Assembly (NCBI RefSeq): GCF_963506605.1
Contig: NC_083281.1
Span: 48,112,001-48,176,000 of the forward strand
From: Zootoca vivipara
Taxonomy: Eukaryota
Direction: 5' to 3'
Length of the DNA: 64,000 bases
Both the position numbers and the translations under genes were made by a program. Shown here piece by piece: positions 1 through 12,439 of the stretch; positions within the stretch are counted from its first letter, which is position 1, and every line of letters begins with the position of its first letter. The notes under the pieces are model-generated. The model was not told the origin of the DNA and searched no databases. It worked only from the letters and a program-made list of their open reading frames with translations.

Positions 1-700
1 TGGAAGTGAGGGTTGCCCATAGAAACCAACGGAGCGCTGCCATTGGGCAACAGAAGACCTCGGCAGCCGCCGGGGCGATTTCGGTGCTTGCAGGCCCTCA
101 TTTGTGTATCCAGCGCGTTAGTCAGCTATGGTCCTCCTCAGAGTAGACCCGCTGAGGTAAATGGACACGATTCTCTTGGGTCCGTTACTTTCAGGAGGAC
201 TTAGTGGGGGCTCGTGAGGAGTGCGCAAGCCTGTCAGACCGGCCCCTGTCCGACCCCGCACTTCCGACGACTTCGGCGCGAGGAGAGCCTCGCGGGGCCG
301 TTTCTAGAGAGCAGGCCGGAGTGGAGAAGAAGGGCCCGCCGAGGCCTAGGCAGGGATGGCTCCTCTAGGAAGGCGCACGTCTATGGCTTGATGCCTAGAA
401 TGGCGCGGCTGCCCCCTGCCGGCCACAGCGTACCCTCGGAGGTCCATGCGCAGGTCCAGCTTTCTGCGGCCCCGCAGATCAGCCGGTTGTTTATTGGGAA
501 AGTGGGAAAGGGATTCTCCCTGCCAGGCCTGTCAAATGCACCCCCCCCACGGCCTACTTGAGGACGCGGAATATGACTCCGCCTCGGCCCCAGGCACAAA
601 ATAGCGGGCCAGGCGCAGAAGCAGCCGGAGCTCGTCGCCATCAGCTGGCATCGACTGGCATGCCTGGCATCGACGTTTTCTCCTGAGATAATTCGAGTCA
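1..700. promoter_or_regulatory. CpG-rich promoter-like region at the window edge, with an ETS site and two RFX X-box-like motifs
   Basis: High CpG density; GGAAGT at 2-7; GTTGCCCATAGAAAC at 12-26; GCTGCCATTGGGCAAC at 36-51. No recognisable coding exon in the window. In human, ATP6V0D1 starts just downstream of the AGRP 3' end, so it may be that promoter (inference). Confidence 0.55.
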
Positions 701-2029
701 TTTTTGGAAATTGCTAAATAAACTGCGCTTTCTTTGTGGTGAGAAGTCCCAGAGCTCAGCGTTCCCCAACCCAATCCAGGCACTTGCTTTGGAGATTTAG
801 CCACCTCCCCGTTTTATGCAAAATTCCCAAGTGGAGAAGGCGTATACAGTACAGTATAACAGTACAGTATATGCTTTCCCTCGCTACCCCCACGTTTCTC
901 AAAGTATTTACACCCATCTCCTGTCTGTCTTCTTCCATTCTGCTATTACACTAGACTTGTATGTCATCCTCCCTCCAAAAAGACCCACCGTTTCTTTCAT
1001 TCTTTTCTCCCCCCCCTTTCTGTGGGCCCTGATCTGTCAAAGTGTTGCAGTGTGTGCAGGCTTGTCAAGAGAGATGCCTGGTCTGTCATTGCTGTATTCT
1101 CTCCACCCCGTGTGGTTCCATCCAAAGCTCAGTGGGGACAAGCTGGTACCTTAATCTTACCTATGTAGCAAATTCCAGCTGCTATGCTAAAATGTTGAAC
1201 TGTTATTGGTTAATAAATACAACTACTGCAGTTCACATTCCTGCTGCTGCTTCCTGGTATTAGGGCAGTCTTGTTGCAGAGTTTCTTCATCCAATGCGTG
1301 CCCTTCCCAAACCCATCAGGAGGGAGATCTCCCCACACACCTCAAACCTCTTTGTCTCTCAGCCATCTTCGCAGGGGTTGGCACTGGCCCAACCAAAAGG
1401 CAATAGCACAGTTAAGGGAGCTGGCCAGACTGCTGGCTTCTGGCTCACTGTTTGATAAACACTGCTCTAAACTTTGCCCCTTCCTGATAATGTCTTTTAT
1501 CCATTGATATAGGACTAGTTCCTCCCTCCCCCCGCCCTTCCTTTCATTGAAAGTGTCTACTGGTAGACCCAGATGCTGAGTTTCAACTACTGCTGCAAGT
1601 GCCCTGTTCATGTTCTGAGGCTACTTCAGAAGTACTGTATAACCATGCCACAAAATTATATCCCACCAGAACTATGGAGTGGGCTCCATGCCCTAGAAAA
1701 CTTACCACCCAGGCATAATATATGGATACATCATCATTATTAGCAGCAGTAGTATTTATTAATATAACACTTCATGACAAAAATAGGTTTCTAAGTGCTA
1801 CTGTACAGTAACCTACTCAGAGACCCTGAGATGGGGAACCCAGGTCTGTACAGCACAATAAGCCATCCCTTTCCCAATCTCAAGTACCCAAATGCGCCAA
1901 GAATGGCTGGCTAAAGCTTTGGGTTTTAGGAGAATGCTGGAGAACTGTCACCTGTTGAGGCGATCAAGGCTTTTGGTTGTCTGTTTTTCCTTTGTAAGGA
2001 AAGAGAAGCTCATGTTTTTGTCACTCCTT

Positions 2030-2035
2030 TTTATT
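2030..2035 (-). terminator. AGRP polyadenylation signal AATAAA
   Basis: TTTATT on the plus strand about 65 nt past the AGRP stop codon. Confidence 0.7.
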
Positions 2036-2100
2036 AAAATGGGTAAAAAGAACAGGAACCCATTTAAACGTAAGATAAGGGAGTGACACCCTGATGAAGG

Positions 2101-4691
2101 CTAGTTCTTGCCACAGGGGAAAGTGTTGCTAAATTTCTTGCAAAAGCAATTGGCATTGAAGAAGCGGCAGTAGCAGGTGGCACATGGATCACAGCAGGGA
2201 AGCTTGTGCCCAAGGCAAGATTCCTGCAAGCGGACACATCTTCGAGGGGAACGCTCTTCCCTTCCTTGGGTCTGCAGGGCCGTCAGCAACATCTGCAAAG
2301 AGAGCAACGGGAAGGAATGAAGAGATCAGAGGTGCTTGGCAAGAAGCACTTCTGCTGCTCTGAAAATACACATTTGCAAAGGAAAACACACACATCCACC
2401 TATTTATGGCTTGGGCCTAGGCTGCACAGAAAGCAACCTGGCAGCATCCTGTTGGCCACAGTATATTAATACAAATCCTGCCTTCCCATATATCGGTCAA
2501 CAGCCTACCTGAAAAAGACTCTGACTGATTGCTCTTCCTCCAGGGTTTGACTTAGAATACATGTATGACTATAAAACAAGTTATGACAACCTCGGCCTGC
2601 TTCTACTTCAAAGGAACTTCTGGATTCATACATTTCAGGAGGATGGGGAAATGCCACCTCATTGGCTTGGGCCACCTGGTGTTGTTTGTTCTACTGGTAT
2701 CATTAGGGGATGTTTTCTGATCATGACATTGATCTAGCACAAATTGGGAAGGTTGACCAGTGTAAGGAAGAGGGGTGGATTATCCAGAGCCGCAGGATGC
2801 AATTGTACCAAATGTTCCTTTTGGAGGAAGGGCAGGGGATACTTTTAATAATAAACTCTTCATTCTATGGCGTTGGTGGAGGACCCATAGCTCCATCACA
2901 CACACCTTGCACAGGTAAGGTCCCAGATTTTCCCTTGCAGAATGACTGCCAATGTGACTGCATGATCCTGGACAAGATGAAGCAATGCCTGACTCAGTGT
3001 AGGAACGCTTCCGACATGCAAGCACAGTCAGGGAGCTTGTGGGATGGTTTCAGTTACCTGCTGTGGCTCCATTGCGTTTGCTTCTAGCACAAGGTCATCT
3101 TGGGCAATTGGCATCTCCAGGGCAGCCAGGTGTTCAAAATCTGTGAGGGGAAAAAAAGGTGTGGAAGATACTTCATTGCCTTCCCGGAGCTACTGTCCAC
3201 AACTTCTGATCTATTCTTGCCATTGGTTTCTGCCCATGTAAATGTTTTTTCAGCCATGACCAAAAGCCCAAGCCTTTTAAATAATAATTTAGCTAATAAG
3301 ATTGTTTTGCCTTTGGTGATTTGTTAAATTTTGTGTTCTTTGAGTGCTATTCAGCTAAATTTTCCTCTGCAAAACTAGTGAACATGACTAAGTTAGGTCC
3401 ATTGATTTCAGTACATCTACTCAGAGTAAAACTTAGCTGAATACCACCAGCCTTTGCTTCTTTTGCTCTTATATGGCCTTGTCTTAATACTTCATTTAAT
3501 ATCATTGTTATTGCTGTAGTGTATTGTTATTCCAGGAGCTGCCCAGATAACTTTTTGTTAGAGGGCGATTTCTAAAATAACTACATGCATGAGATCAGAT
3601 TCACAACAGTTGTGAATCTGGGTTTGCTTGATGGGTAAAGAGCCTGAACACGAGAGCTCTTGGCATCTGTGGCTGGGCACAGCCTCCTTCCCTATACTGT
3701 ACTCTCCCGCTCCTGGCTTGGGAAGCTACCATTAGCTACAATCCACCCTGTCCTGTAGTTTCCTGAGAAATACTGTGTTTCCCTCCGAAACAGCTTTGAT
3801 TCATATGAAGACATCTGCACCCCTGTCTTCCCACCTGTGTGGACAGACAGCAGGCGACTTGTATAATGATAAAAGGTAAAGGGACCTCTGACCATTAGGT
3901 CCAGTCGTGACCGACTCTGGGGTTGCGGTGCTCATCTCGCGTTATTGGCCGAGGGAGCTGGCGTACAGCTTCCAGGTCATGTGGCCAGCATGACAAAGCC
4001 GCTTCTGGCAAACCAGAGCAGCACATGGAAACGCCGTTTACCTTCCCGCTGTAGCGGTACCTATTTATCTACTTGCACTTTGACGTGCTTTCGAACTGCT
4101 AGGTTGGCAGGATCTGGGACCAAGCAACAGGAGCTCACCCCATCGCTGGGATTTGAACCACCGACCTTCTGATTGGCAAGCCCTAGGCTCTGTGGTTTAA
4201 CCCACAGCACCACCCGCGTCCCCTATAATGATGCACAGGTGCTATTTGAAATACGGGGGGGGGGGGTGTTAAGGGTGGAATGACCTCACTGGGTTTGAAG
4301 CTGGTACATAACATGAACACATTAATCCACGCTTCCCCTCCAGGAACTCAAAAGTGTCAGGCCAAAGAAAACCACCCAGCAAAGGCGAAAGCACTCTGAG
4401 TTTTCCACACTGGGAAGACAAGAGGGCTATTCTTGCTCAGGGCCCCTCAGCTACATTAGAGCTGTGTTGCATGTACAAAGGCTGCAGAGACAGGCAGAGG
4501 GGAAAGGAGATAAACTGACCTGGGGGTCCCTCTTTGATCACCTGCAGAAGCCCTGGGTAGCTGGAGCGGCCTTCTTCATCCAGCATGGAGGAGCCCCGCT
4601 CGGCCAGACGGTGGCTGTGGTTGGGGTTAGAGGCCAGGGTGGTAGGGATTTCTTGCAGGAGTCCTAAGGACAGCAGCAGGATCCTCAACAT
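2101..4691 (-). CDS. AGRP: Agouti-related protein precursor, 148 aa; complement(join(2101..2292,3058..3140,4520..4691))
   Basis: Signal peptide MLRILLLSLGLL; GT-AG introns in phases 1 and 0, 447 nt total; convertase-type site REERSPRR; 10-Cys agouti domain CVRLQESCLGHKLPCCDPCATCYCRFFNANCFCKKFSNTFPCGKN with the RFF triplet. Confidence 0.97.
3347..3445. mobile_element. Short foldback (MITE-like) element in an AGRP intron
   Basis: Terminal inverted repeat TATTCAGCTAA...TTAGCTGAATA; internal CTACTCAGAGTA motif also seen, degenerate, near 120-165. Confidence 0.5.
3871..4223 (-). mobile_element. Sauria SINE, full length
   Basis: tRNA-related head GGGACGCGGGTGG on the minus strand and TTTACCTTT tail; perfect 9-bp TSD TATAATGAT at 3862-3870 and 4224-4232; highly similar to the copy at 49873-50218. 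Confidence 0.92.
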
Positions 4692-5099
4692 CGTCTCCCT
4701 GGATAACCTGCAAGCAAGAAACAAGTGGTGGTGGGGAGCAAGAGGGCTTAGATGCTGGACTGAGAGATGGCCTAAATTGGGAATAAGACAGGTGACCACA
4801 AAGACCACCAACCTTTCTGGAGGGGGATCCATATCACACAAACCACACCATACACACCGCATCCCCTTCCCCCCGCTCTCCAGCTTGTAGAGCTGGGCTC
4901 CCTCACAGGCTTTTCTGAAAGAGGCTAAAGAGAGACTTTGCAAGGGGGTTGTCTCTCCAGCCTGAGAGCACCCCAGGAAAGGACAGTCACCTCAGGGCTT
5001 GAAGCCCCCACTGCATTCCGCTTCCCTTCCCTCAAAGCAAGCAAGCCAGCTGCCTGCCCATCATCTTCTCCTCTTCCTTCTTTGCTCAGAGCGATCTCC

Positions 5100-5200
5100 C
5101 CAATTAACCCTCATAACGATCCTGTGAAGTAGGTTAGGCTGAGAGGGCGGACAGCTTGGCGAGCTCCGTGGCTAAGTGGGGATGTAAGAGAGGCTTGGTC
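5100..5200. mobile_element. Old CORE/MIR-like SINE remnant
   Basis: CATAACGATCCTGTGAAGTAGGTTAGGCTGAGAG motif; related degenerate copies near 42890-43000, 53200-53225 and 53690-53790. Confidence 0.45.
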
Positions 5201-5540
5201 TCCTCTATCAAGGGCAGCATTCAGGCACCCGCAAACATTTGGAGCAGCTCAGTACAGAGATGTCTTCTTGAAATGGGTGCACAGTGGGCAAAGCCCTGTG
5301 GAAATACCCAAGCCCCCTGCAGACCGCAAAGGAGAAGGTGTGCAGCAGCTGCCCCTCTTCCATGGCTCCCTCCCACTGCCCCCACCAAAGGGCTGCTCTG
5401 CTTAATGGAAGATGAACATACAACTTTCTTTGTGCAAAGCAACAAGTGCCCTCCCCCCATTCTCTGGGCCCTATCCTGTGGAATGTGGTGCTCAGCACAT
5501 TTCACACTCAGTGAGTAGGAGAGGCAGAAAGTTACTGTAC

Positions 5541-5670
5541 CTGACTCTTGTCGTCTGTCTGTCCGTCCGTCCGTCGTCCTGACCGAGTGCTGTGGCTCTG
5601 CGGAGCTGCAAGTTGGCTAAGGGCTTTTATTAATCACACACGTAATTAATTGACTGGGCCACGTGACTGC
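5541..5670 (-). promoter_or_regulatory. Putative AGRP core promoter and non-coding first exon (about 5600 to 5541)
   Basis: The first coding exon begins at an acceptor (TTGCAG, exon start 4707), so an upstream exon is required. CAG|GTACAG donor at 5541/5540; TATA-like TAATAAAA at 5625-5632; TAATTAAT at 5643-5650; E-box GTCACGTG at 5660-5667. Confidence 0.6.
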
Positions 5671-5744
5671 AAACTAATGGGTGGGTGGGCTTCTGTGGTA
5701 GCATCACTTTGTGCATCTTCCTGCACGACTGAATTTTGCTCCTT

Positions 5745-6830
5745 CATAAGAAGATAAGAGCCTCAAAGCTGGATCAGGCCAAGCTTCTCCTGCGGTTTGC
5801 AGCAACTGAAAGCATGACTCCCTCTGCCCATGGAGGCAGGCAAAACCATCATGACTAGTAGCCATTGATAACCTTATCTTCCTACATGAATTTGTCGGCT
5901 TCTCTTCTAAAGCTATCCAAGTTGGTGGCCATCATTACCTCCTGTGGGAGAGTTCCATGGCTTAACTGCTTTCTTTTATCTATTCTTAATCTTCCAACAT
6001 TCATCTTCATTGGATGGTCATGAGTTCTGTTGTTGTTGTTGTTGTTGTTGAACATTTCTCTAGCTACTTTCTCCATGCCAGGCATAATTTTACACATTTC
6101 TCTCATGTATTCTCTTACTTGCCATTTCTCTAAACCCAAAAGTCTCAAATGCTACAACATTTTTTCATAAGAATGTTGCTCCATCCCGTTGAACATTTTG
6201 GCTGCCTTTTCTGAACCCATTCCAGCTCTACAATATCCTTTTTGAGGTGAGGTGACCAGTACTGTACACAATATTTCAAACGTAGATTACACCCTTGATT
6301 ATGATATTGGCAGTTTTATTTTAAATTCCTTTCCTAATGATCCCTAGCATGGAATTAGTCTTTTTCCACAGCTGCTGCACACTGCCTCATATTTACCAAG
6401 CTATCTAATATGATCCCAATGTCTTGTTCCTGGCCAGTCACTGCCAGTTCAGATCCCATGCGAGTTCATATGGGATTATTATTATCCCAACATGCATGGT
6501 TTTAACTTGTTTACATTTAATTGCATTTGCCATTTTACTGCCTATTCACTCCATTTGGAGGGGTGTTTTTGGAACTCTTCACAATCTCTTTTTCTTTTAA
6601 CGACACTGAACAATTTAGTATCATCAGCAAACTTGGCCACCTCACTGCTAACCCCTAATTCTAGATCGTTTATGAACAAGTGAAAAAACACAGGTCCCAA
6701 TATCAATCTTTGGAGGACTCCATTTCCTACAACTCTTCATTCACAGTACTGTTCATTTATTTCTGCTTTCTGCATTGTGGCACTTAACCAATTCCTGATC
6801 CACAAGAGGAACTTTCCCCTTCCAATTTGC
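5745..6830 (-). mobile_element. CR1 LINE 3' fragment, degenerate
   Basis: Squamate CR1 3' end (CATAAGAA...GCTGGATCAGGCCA); ORF2 C-terminal remnants on the minus strand, including the reverse complement of TCATCAGCAAA (the FADD RT motif); contains a (GTT)n tract near 6028-6049. Confidence 0.85.
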
Positions 6831-9014
6831 TGGTGCTCAGAGATTTCAGTAGTGCAAACTTAGGGAGCCGGCAAAGTTCCCCTCTGAGTGGCACATACAA
6901 CCAAGTTGATCTTTAAGAGCCCAGACAGCTTTGTATATCAGATTGGGTGCCCATATTAAATATTTAAAATATAGGGGGCCACCCATGAGGGAGCAGAGGT
7001 CACCTCCTCACAAGGTCTGTACAGCAGGTATCTTAAACCTCTTCAGACCTAAGACCCACTTTTAACCCAAATATACATTTAGGGAGCAATTATTTTACCA
7101 TATGTCTGCTCCTGTTGCAACCCACTTTGGATCAGGTCACAACCCACTTGTGGGTCCTGACCTACCAGTTGAAGACCAGCGATGCAGAGCTTTAAGGAAA
7201 TAAAATTATACAAATAAAGCAAGTCTAAAGCACAATGTGGACAGGAAGAAAGGAGGGAAATTTTGGCTTTCACAGCCCAGAACCCTATTATTATTGTTTT
7301 TGTTATAGCAGGCTGCAAAAATAGCATTGCTTCTTTGCTTAAAACTTTGGAACCTACTATTATACCTGATCATCCCCTCTTCATATTCCAGGAAACTGCC
7401 AAAGCCTTGGAAAAAAACCCTCTCCTCACCCCCGCCCCGTCCCAGCATCAGCTATAGCCCTGCCTCTGTGCCCCCCCCATGCAATACCCAAGGTCCCCCG
7501 AGGACCCCCCTGTTTTCTAAAGCTCATTAATGATTGTTTGTCTGGGAGGAAGAAGAGGATTCTGGGAAGAGATTAATGCCCTAATGAAGGAGGCAGCCCC
7601 AAACTGCCTTGAAAGCTTTTCAATCTGCAGAAGAAATGCCTGGCTGATGTGTGTCCCCCAACATTTAATAAAGGGATAACAACACAACCATTTCCAGGAA
7701 GCGAGGGGCCCACAGTAGGAAGAACACATTGTCAACAGAGCCTGCTCTCTCTCCCCCCCCCCAATACAAGGGCTGAAGGAGGTTCTCCTTCCATACCAGT
7801 GTTGATAGGTAGGGGTGCTGTGGTGTCCAGGGAAACAGCCTAAGTTCCTCAGTCAGCATCCTCTGGTTATTAGTACAGCTGCAACCACTGAGGTTTATGC
7901 ACAGCCCAGCAAACTACAGACCATTCTGCATTCAGGGCTTGTGTGTGAAGGCGAGAGGCAGCCTTACTGTAAGGGAGGCAGAGTTGCTTCAGATAGGAGG
8001 CAGCTCTATCCAGCCCTGCGAACATCTCCTGCACACAAAAGTCAAATTGACAATGAATGAGAGGCCAATAACATGCCTCATGAGGTGTGTGTCTGGGGAG
8101 GACCGACCTTTGGATTTTTATATCAGGAACCAAAATAACTCTGGGCCAGTTCTGTTTGCGAGCCACTGTTTTCAGCCAGTAACCAGCCAAAGGGCAAAGA
8201 GGATTCTGGGAAGTTATTAGCATCATAGTGTAGGCAGCAGCTTCCTTTATGCCCCCACCCCCCACCCCAACTGCTTTGAAAGCTTTTTAATCTGCAGGGG
8301 AAACCTCAGGCGTATGTTTTGCCCATGACATGAAGGGGCTAAATGAAATCTCCTCTGTTCTGTACAGCCAATTCCAGGAAAGGATGAGCCCCAAATAGCA
8401 ACAAAAGTGACTGACAAAGTGGTCAACAAAGCATGTTTTTCTGAAAACCGGAGAGAGGAAGGGGGAGTCAGGGGACAAACACAAACTCCCCCTTTCCATG
8501 GGGAGGGGAAAGGCGCCAATCAGAGTTTTTCCGCAATGCAGGCATGTGTGCCTGCCCTTCCCGCCTTGGCCTAGGCTCCATTCATCCTAGTGGTTCTTGT
8601 TGCTAGTTTGGGGGTCTCTCTGACCAGGGCCCTTCCAACCCATTTTAGGTCACGCTTCATGAAAATGATATTAGCACGAACTGCTCTTTCAGAGCCCGGA
8701 TCCATGCCTGGAAGCTTAAATCTACAAGTGGGCGAAGGTCGCAGGTGGCTTCTCTTGCAACTGCCCTGAGGGTACCTGTCCTGCAGGACTCAGTGGGCCT
8801 GGCAGAATTGCAGCCTGGCCACCTGGAGCAGAGGAAACTGTCACCACACCTGCAGAAATTCCACATTAACTCTGATTAGGGGGAAATTAATTTATGAGTG
8901 TGTTTGAGGCCTTCACCACACACACACACCAAAAATCAATACCTATAATAAAATAGCAACTCAGAAAAACCAGCTTTATTTCTCCTGGCAGAGTGCTTGG
9001 AGCACTGGAGATGG

Positions 9015-9548
9015 TTGTGCTGGTTTATAATACCTCCCTAAGGAGCAGCTCCAAGAGGCACACACTGGCTTGAGGCAGCTGCCCAGGCAAAGAAGCACCA
9101 GGTTGCAAGGTGGGTTGACGATTATTGGCCAGAGGGAGAAGAAGGAGCAGACGGGGAGCAGGAGGTGTCAGAATCTGAAGAGGCAACAGGGTTTAGTGAG
9201 CAGGAGGAGGAAGAAGTTGGGGCAGAGAGCAGTCCTGATTCAGAGGCTAAAGAGGAGATGCCAGGAGACGGAGATGCGGCAGGCTGCTGAAGAGTCCAGG
9301 GAGGCTTTCCCCTCCCCGGGTATCCCAGTACACGCAGAGAAATGAAGAGGCCAGAGGAGAAATTGGTTGTGTGCAGACGCAGCCTCCAAATGTTTAGAAA
9401 ATACCCTGGAGGAGGAAGACCTAATGGGAAGTGTTGCTGGGATCACAAGGCCTGCACTGCTTTAGTTTCTTTGATAAAGAGTTAACTTCACTGCCACTGG
9501 TGTTTGTTTGTTTTTATTGCTGACCCACATGGCCTGGCTTCTGAAGAA
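9015..9548. mobile_element. Possible solo LTR
   Basis: Purine-rich body followed by a GATAAA signal and a GT-rich end, similar in layout to 55550-56035. No TSD verified. Confidence 0.35.
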
Positions 9549-10389
9549 GACTGAGGGCCTTGAGAGAGGATAGGGGCCAGGGAAAGCTCAGCTGTTGGGT
9601 TCAGGGCATGTGATAAACAACCAGCACTTTCCATTGGGGAAGTGACTTTTCTGTGTGCACCATCTCCATCTGTCAGGCCCATGTCTCCTGTCTCCTCTGC
9701 TTGCTCCTGCATTTCGCACATATGTAGCACCTGTGATTTTTGAACTACCTTGGAAGGCAGTCCCACCCCAAGAATATTGCAGCAGTCAATCAAGTCACAA
9801 AACTGGTGATGTTTCTTTGTTGAGTTGCCTTTGTTAATTGCGCCAGAAAAGTTGAAAACCAATCATAACCATCAAAAATTAAATAATACAGCCGGAAAAC
9901 GCTCCCAAAGAAGCCAAAACACAGATTTAAAAGGCTAACAATTAACTACACACAAATTCACCTGATCTCTATGGACAGCTAAAACGGTATCATAAAAGCT
10001 AAAACCACAAGAGCCATGATAAAAGCAGAAGCAAAAAGCCACTGTCGGCTTTGCACAAAGCTTACTGAAAAGGTGAAAGGATTCCCTGGGTAGACAGAAA
10101 AGTCTTGCCAGGTGCCAAAAAGCCACCAGCAGAAGCACCAAAAGCCTCCCTAAGGAAAACGTTCCATTACAGGGGTGGGGGCTAATGCTGAGAAGGGCCT
10201 CCTCCCTCCCTCCCTCCCAGCCCCTCTCCTCTGCACTTCTGATCGAGGTGCACTTGGAGGAGGAGGCACTGTTGAGGATGTGGGGGCTTGATGTGAAGAG
10301 GTGGGTGTTTTTTTTCAACACCAAGCCCTGCAGCCAGGATACTTGTGAGGTCCTCATGCTCCAGGGCAGGGGGCTTGGGAAAGTCCGGA

Positions 10390-10693
10390 AATAAACGGTA
10401 AATTGCAAGAACTCAGGCCAGAAGAAAATGGATTTCAAATAAATCTTCACAAGGTTTTATTTCACAAGGTAAAAATTCCAGTACACTTTGACCTGTGAAT
10501 CTTTGCTGACGAAGAATAGTCAAAACAGAGAAACAGGGCCTTTGTCCTGACTTTTACTGGAATTTATCTTTATTTGCCTTCAATACTGGGATTGATTCCT
10601 ATTTGAACTCCTCACCACACAAATAAAACCTTGTGAAGATTTATTTGAAATCCATTTTCTTCTGGCCTGAGTTCTTGCAATTTACCGTTTATT
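10390..10693. repeat. Perfect 73-bp inverted repeat (10390-10462 and 10621-10693) with a 158-bp spacer; probable Penelope-like element remnant
   Basis: The arms are exact reverse complements; ORFs 9935..10450(-) and 10633..10833(+) begin with the same peptide. The spacer has CTGACGA...GAAAC followed by a hairpin. Confidence 0.85.
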
Positions 10694-10699
10694 CCAGGG

Positions 10700-10955
10700 C
10701 AGGGGGCAGCAACCTTTTTCAGCCGTGGGCCGGTCCACCGTCCCTCAGACCATGTAGTGGGCAGGACTATATTTTGAAAAAAGAAATGAACGAATTCCTA
10801 TGCCCCACAAATAACCCAGAGATGCATTTTTAAATAAAATGAGACATTCTACTCATGTAAAAACATGCTGATTCCCGGACCGTCCACGCACGGGCCAGAC
10901 TGAAAAGGCGATTGGGCCGCATCCGGCCCCCAGGGCCTTAGGTTGCCTACCCCTG
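10700..10955. mobile_element. Non-autonomous hAT element (MITE)
   Basis: TIRs CAGGGGGCAGCAACCT and AGGTTGCCTACCCCTG; 8-bp TSD TTCCAGGG/CTCCAGGG; second copy at 34419-34674. Confidence 0.85.
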
Positions 10956-11172
10956 CTCCAGGGTGTATCAAGTCAGGTGTAACTGATTATATATATATAT
11001 AGAAAGGCAGGTGCTATAATTCTGCTCCTCAAGAGGTAGTCTAGTTTATTCCAGATCATAGAAGCTAACCAAACCATCTTTGTTTTGTCTTTATGTGGCC
11101 TCAGTTTATATTATGCCATATTCATATCCCAGTTTTCATACGATTGTGAATTGATAGCACATTTGTCAGATA

Positions 11173-11375
11173 CATAGCTGCCAACCGTCCCTTTTTTGCG
11201 GGAAACTCCCTTATTCCAAGCCACAGCTGTCAACTTTCCCTTTTTTTGCTGGAAATTCCCTTATTCCAGCGCTGTTTCCCGCTGCTATCCTGGATTGTTA
11301 GATATACCATAGACTGTCCCCAGGACAGGTGAGGCTGCTGATCCCTTATTTCAAATCCGAAAGTGGACAGCTATG
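11173..11375. mobile_element. hAT-type MITE with CATAGCTG termini
   Basis: CATAGCTG...CAGCTATG termini; 8-bp TSD GTCAGATA/GTCACATA; internal duplication of the 5' segment. Confidence 0.8.
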
Positions 11376-12439
11376 GTCACATATTTTGCCTGCTGCAGGC
11401 AGAGAAGCTCTAAGGCAGCCCAGCCCTCCCCAAACCTAGTGTGTTCCCAAGTTTAAGTTAATGAAGTGGACGGATCCTGCCCACCACCCTCTGTCTGCAT
11501 TCATAACAGTTTCCACCATGTAAATACAGAGTCCAGTTCTTATAATGAACCGCATCAAATAATATAGATTTTATTTTTGCCCTTGTGCTGAGTGCATTCC
11601 CATACCACCCAAGTCTTTACAATAATCATACATAATGGTGCATTGGGGAGGAAGAGGACGTGTAGAGTCCATGCAATCTCACACATGAGGTTGTTAGCCA
11701 CAATCCATCAGTATCATGCAGCTTCTTGGGAAATAAAGTGCTCCTTCTCTCAAACCAGCTGCCATCTGATTTGAAAACAAGAGGCAGTGAAGCAGAGGTG
11801 TTTACATGTCAAGCGGCGGCGGCACGTGCGCCAATGACAACTTTGCTGAAAGGTAAAAGGCAGCTCCTGGGATCTGCAGTTCAAATTAGGGCCACAATGT
11901 GTGTGTGTGTTGGGGGGGCAGTAACTGCAGGGAGTAGGACTCCCTCCTTCCTCCCTTTCCCTGGGACTACAGAATGGGGGAAGGTGGAAGGCAACCCAAA
12001 TATAAGGGAAGCCCGAAGCGCGCTCGGGTCGGCTCGTAACTGGCGTAACTGGCTCGTAACTGGCGCTTTGCCCGATCAGGATCTAAGCAAGGGGGTCCTG
12101 TGTCTAGCTCCAATGCCAAGGCCCCAGAGGCCACCCGCAGGCCGCTCTAAATCACCCCTTTCCCATCCCGCTATTGGCCCGTGGGGAGCCTGGGAAGGCC
12201 CACAAGCAGGACCCTCCCCAAAAGTGTTGCTTGAGCCACCAAGCGCTCTCCAATGGCTTCTACTACGTTTCTGAGACGTTGGCGCAACAGATCGACAAAA
12301 TAGGGTTTTGCCAAGCCTCTGAGCATGTGCCGATTTGCATTTGAAACTCGAATCCTTCCCATCTGGACTGGGGATGGAGGGCTTTGCTTCTTTGCCGTGC
12401 CCTGAGCGCCTGTAACCATCTGCGTGCCCTCCTACGAGG

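Noticed and set aside
2101-4691. Assignment as ASIP
   Set aside because: The C-terminal extension after the ninth Cys, CVRLQESC and the absence of a long basic domain indicate AGRP.
12031-12066. Short GGCTCGTAACT/GGCGTAACT tandem repeat, and similar micro-repeats near 640-675 and 843-872
   Set aside because: Only 2-3 units with no spacers; not CRISPR-like and no evidence of function.
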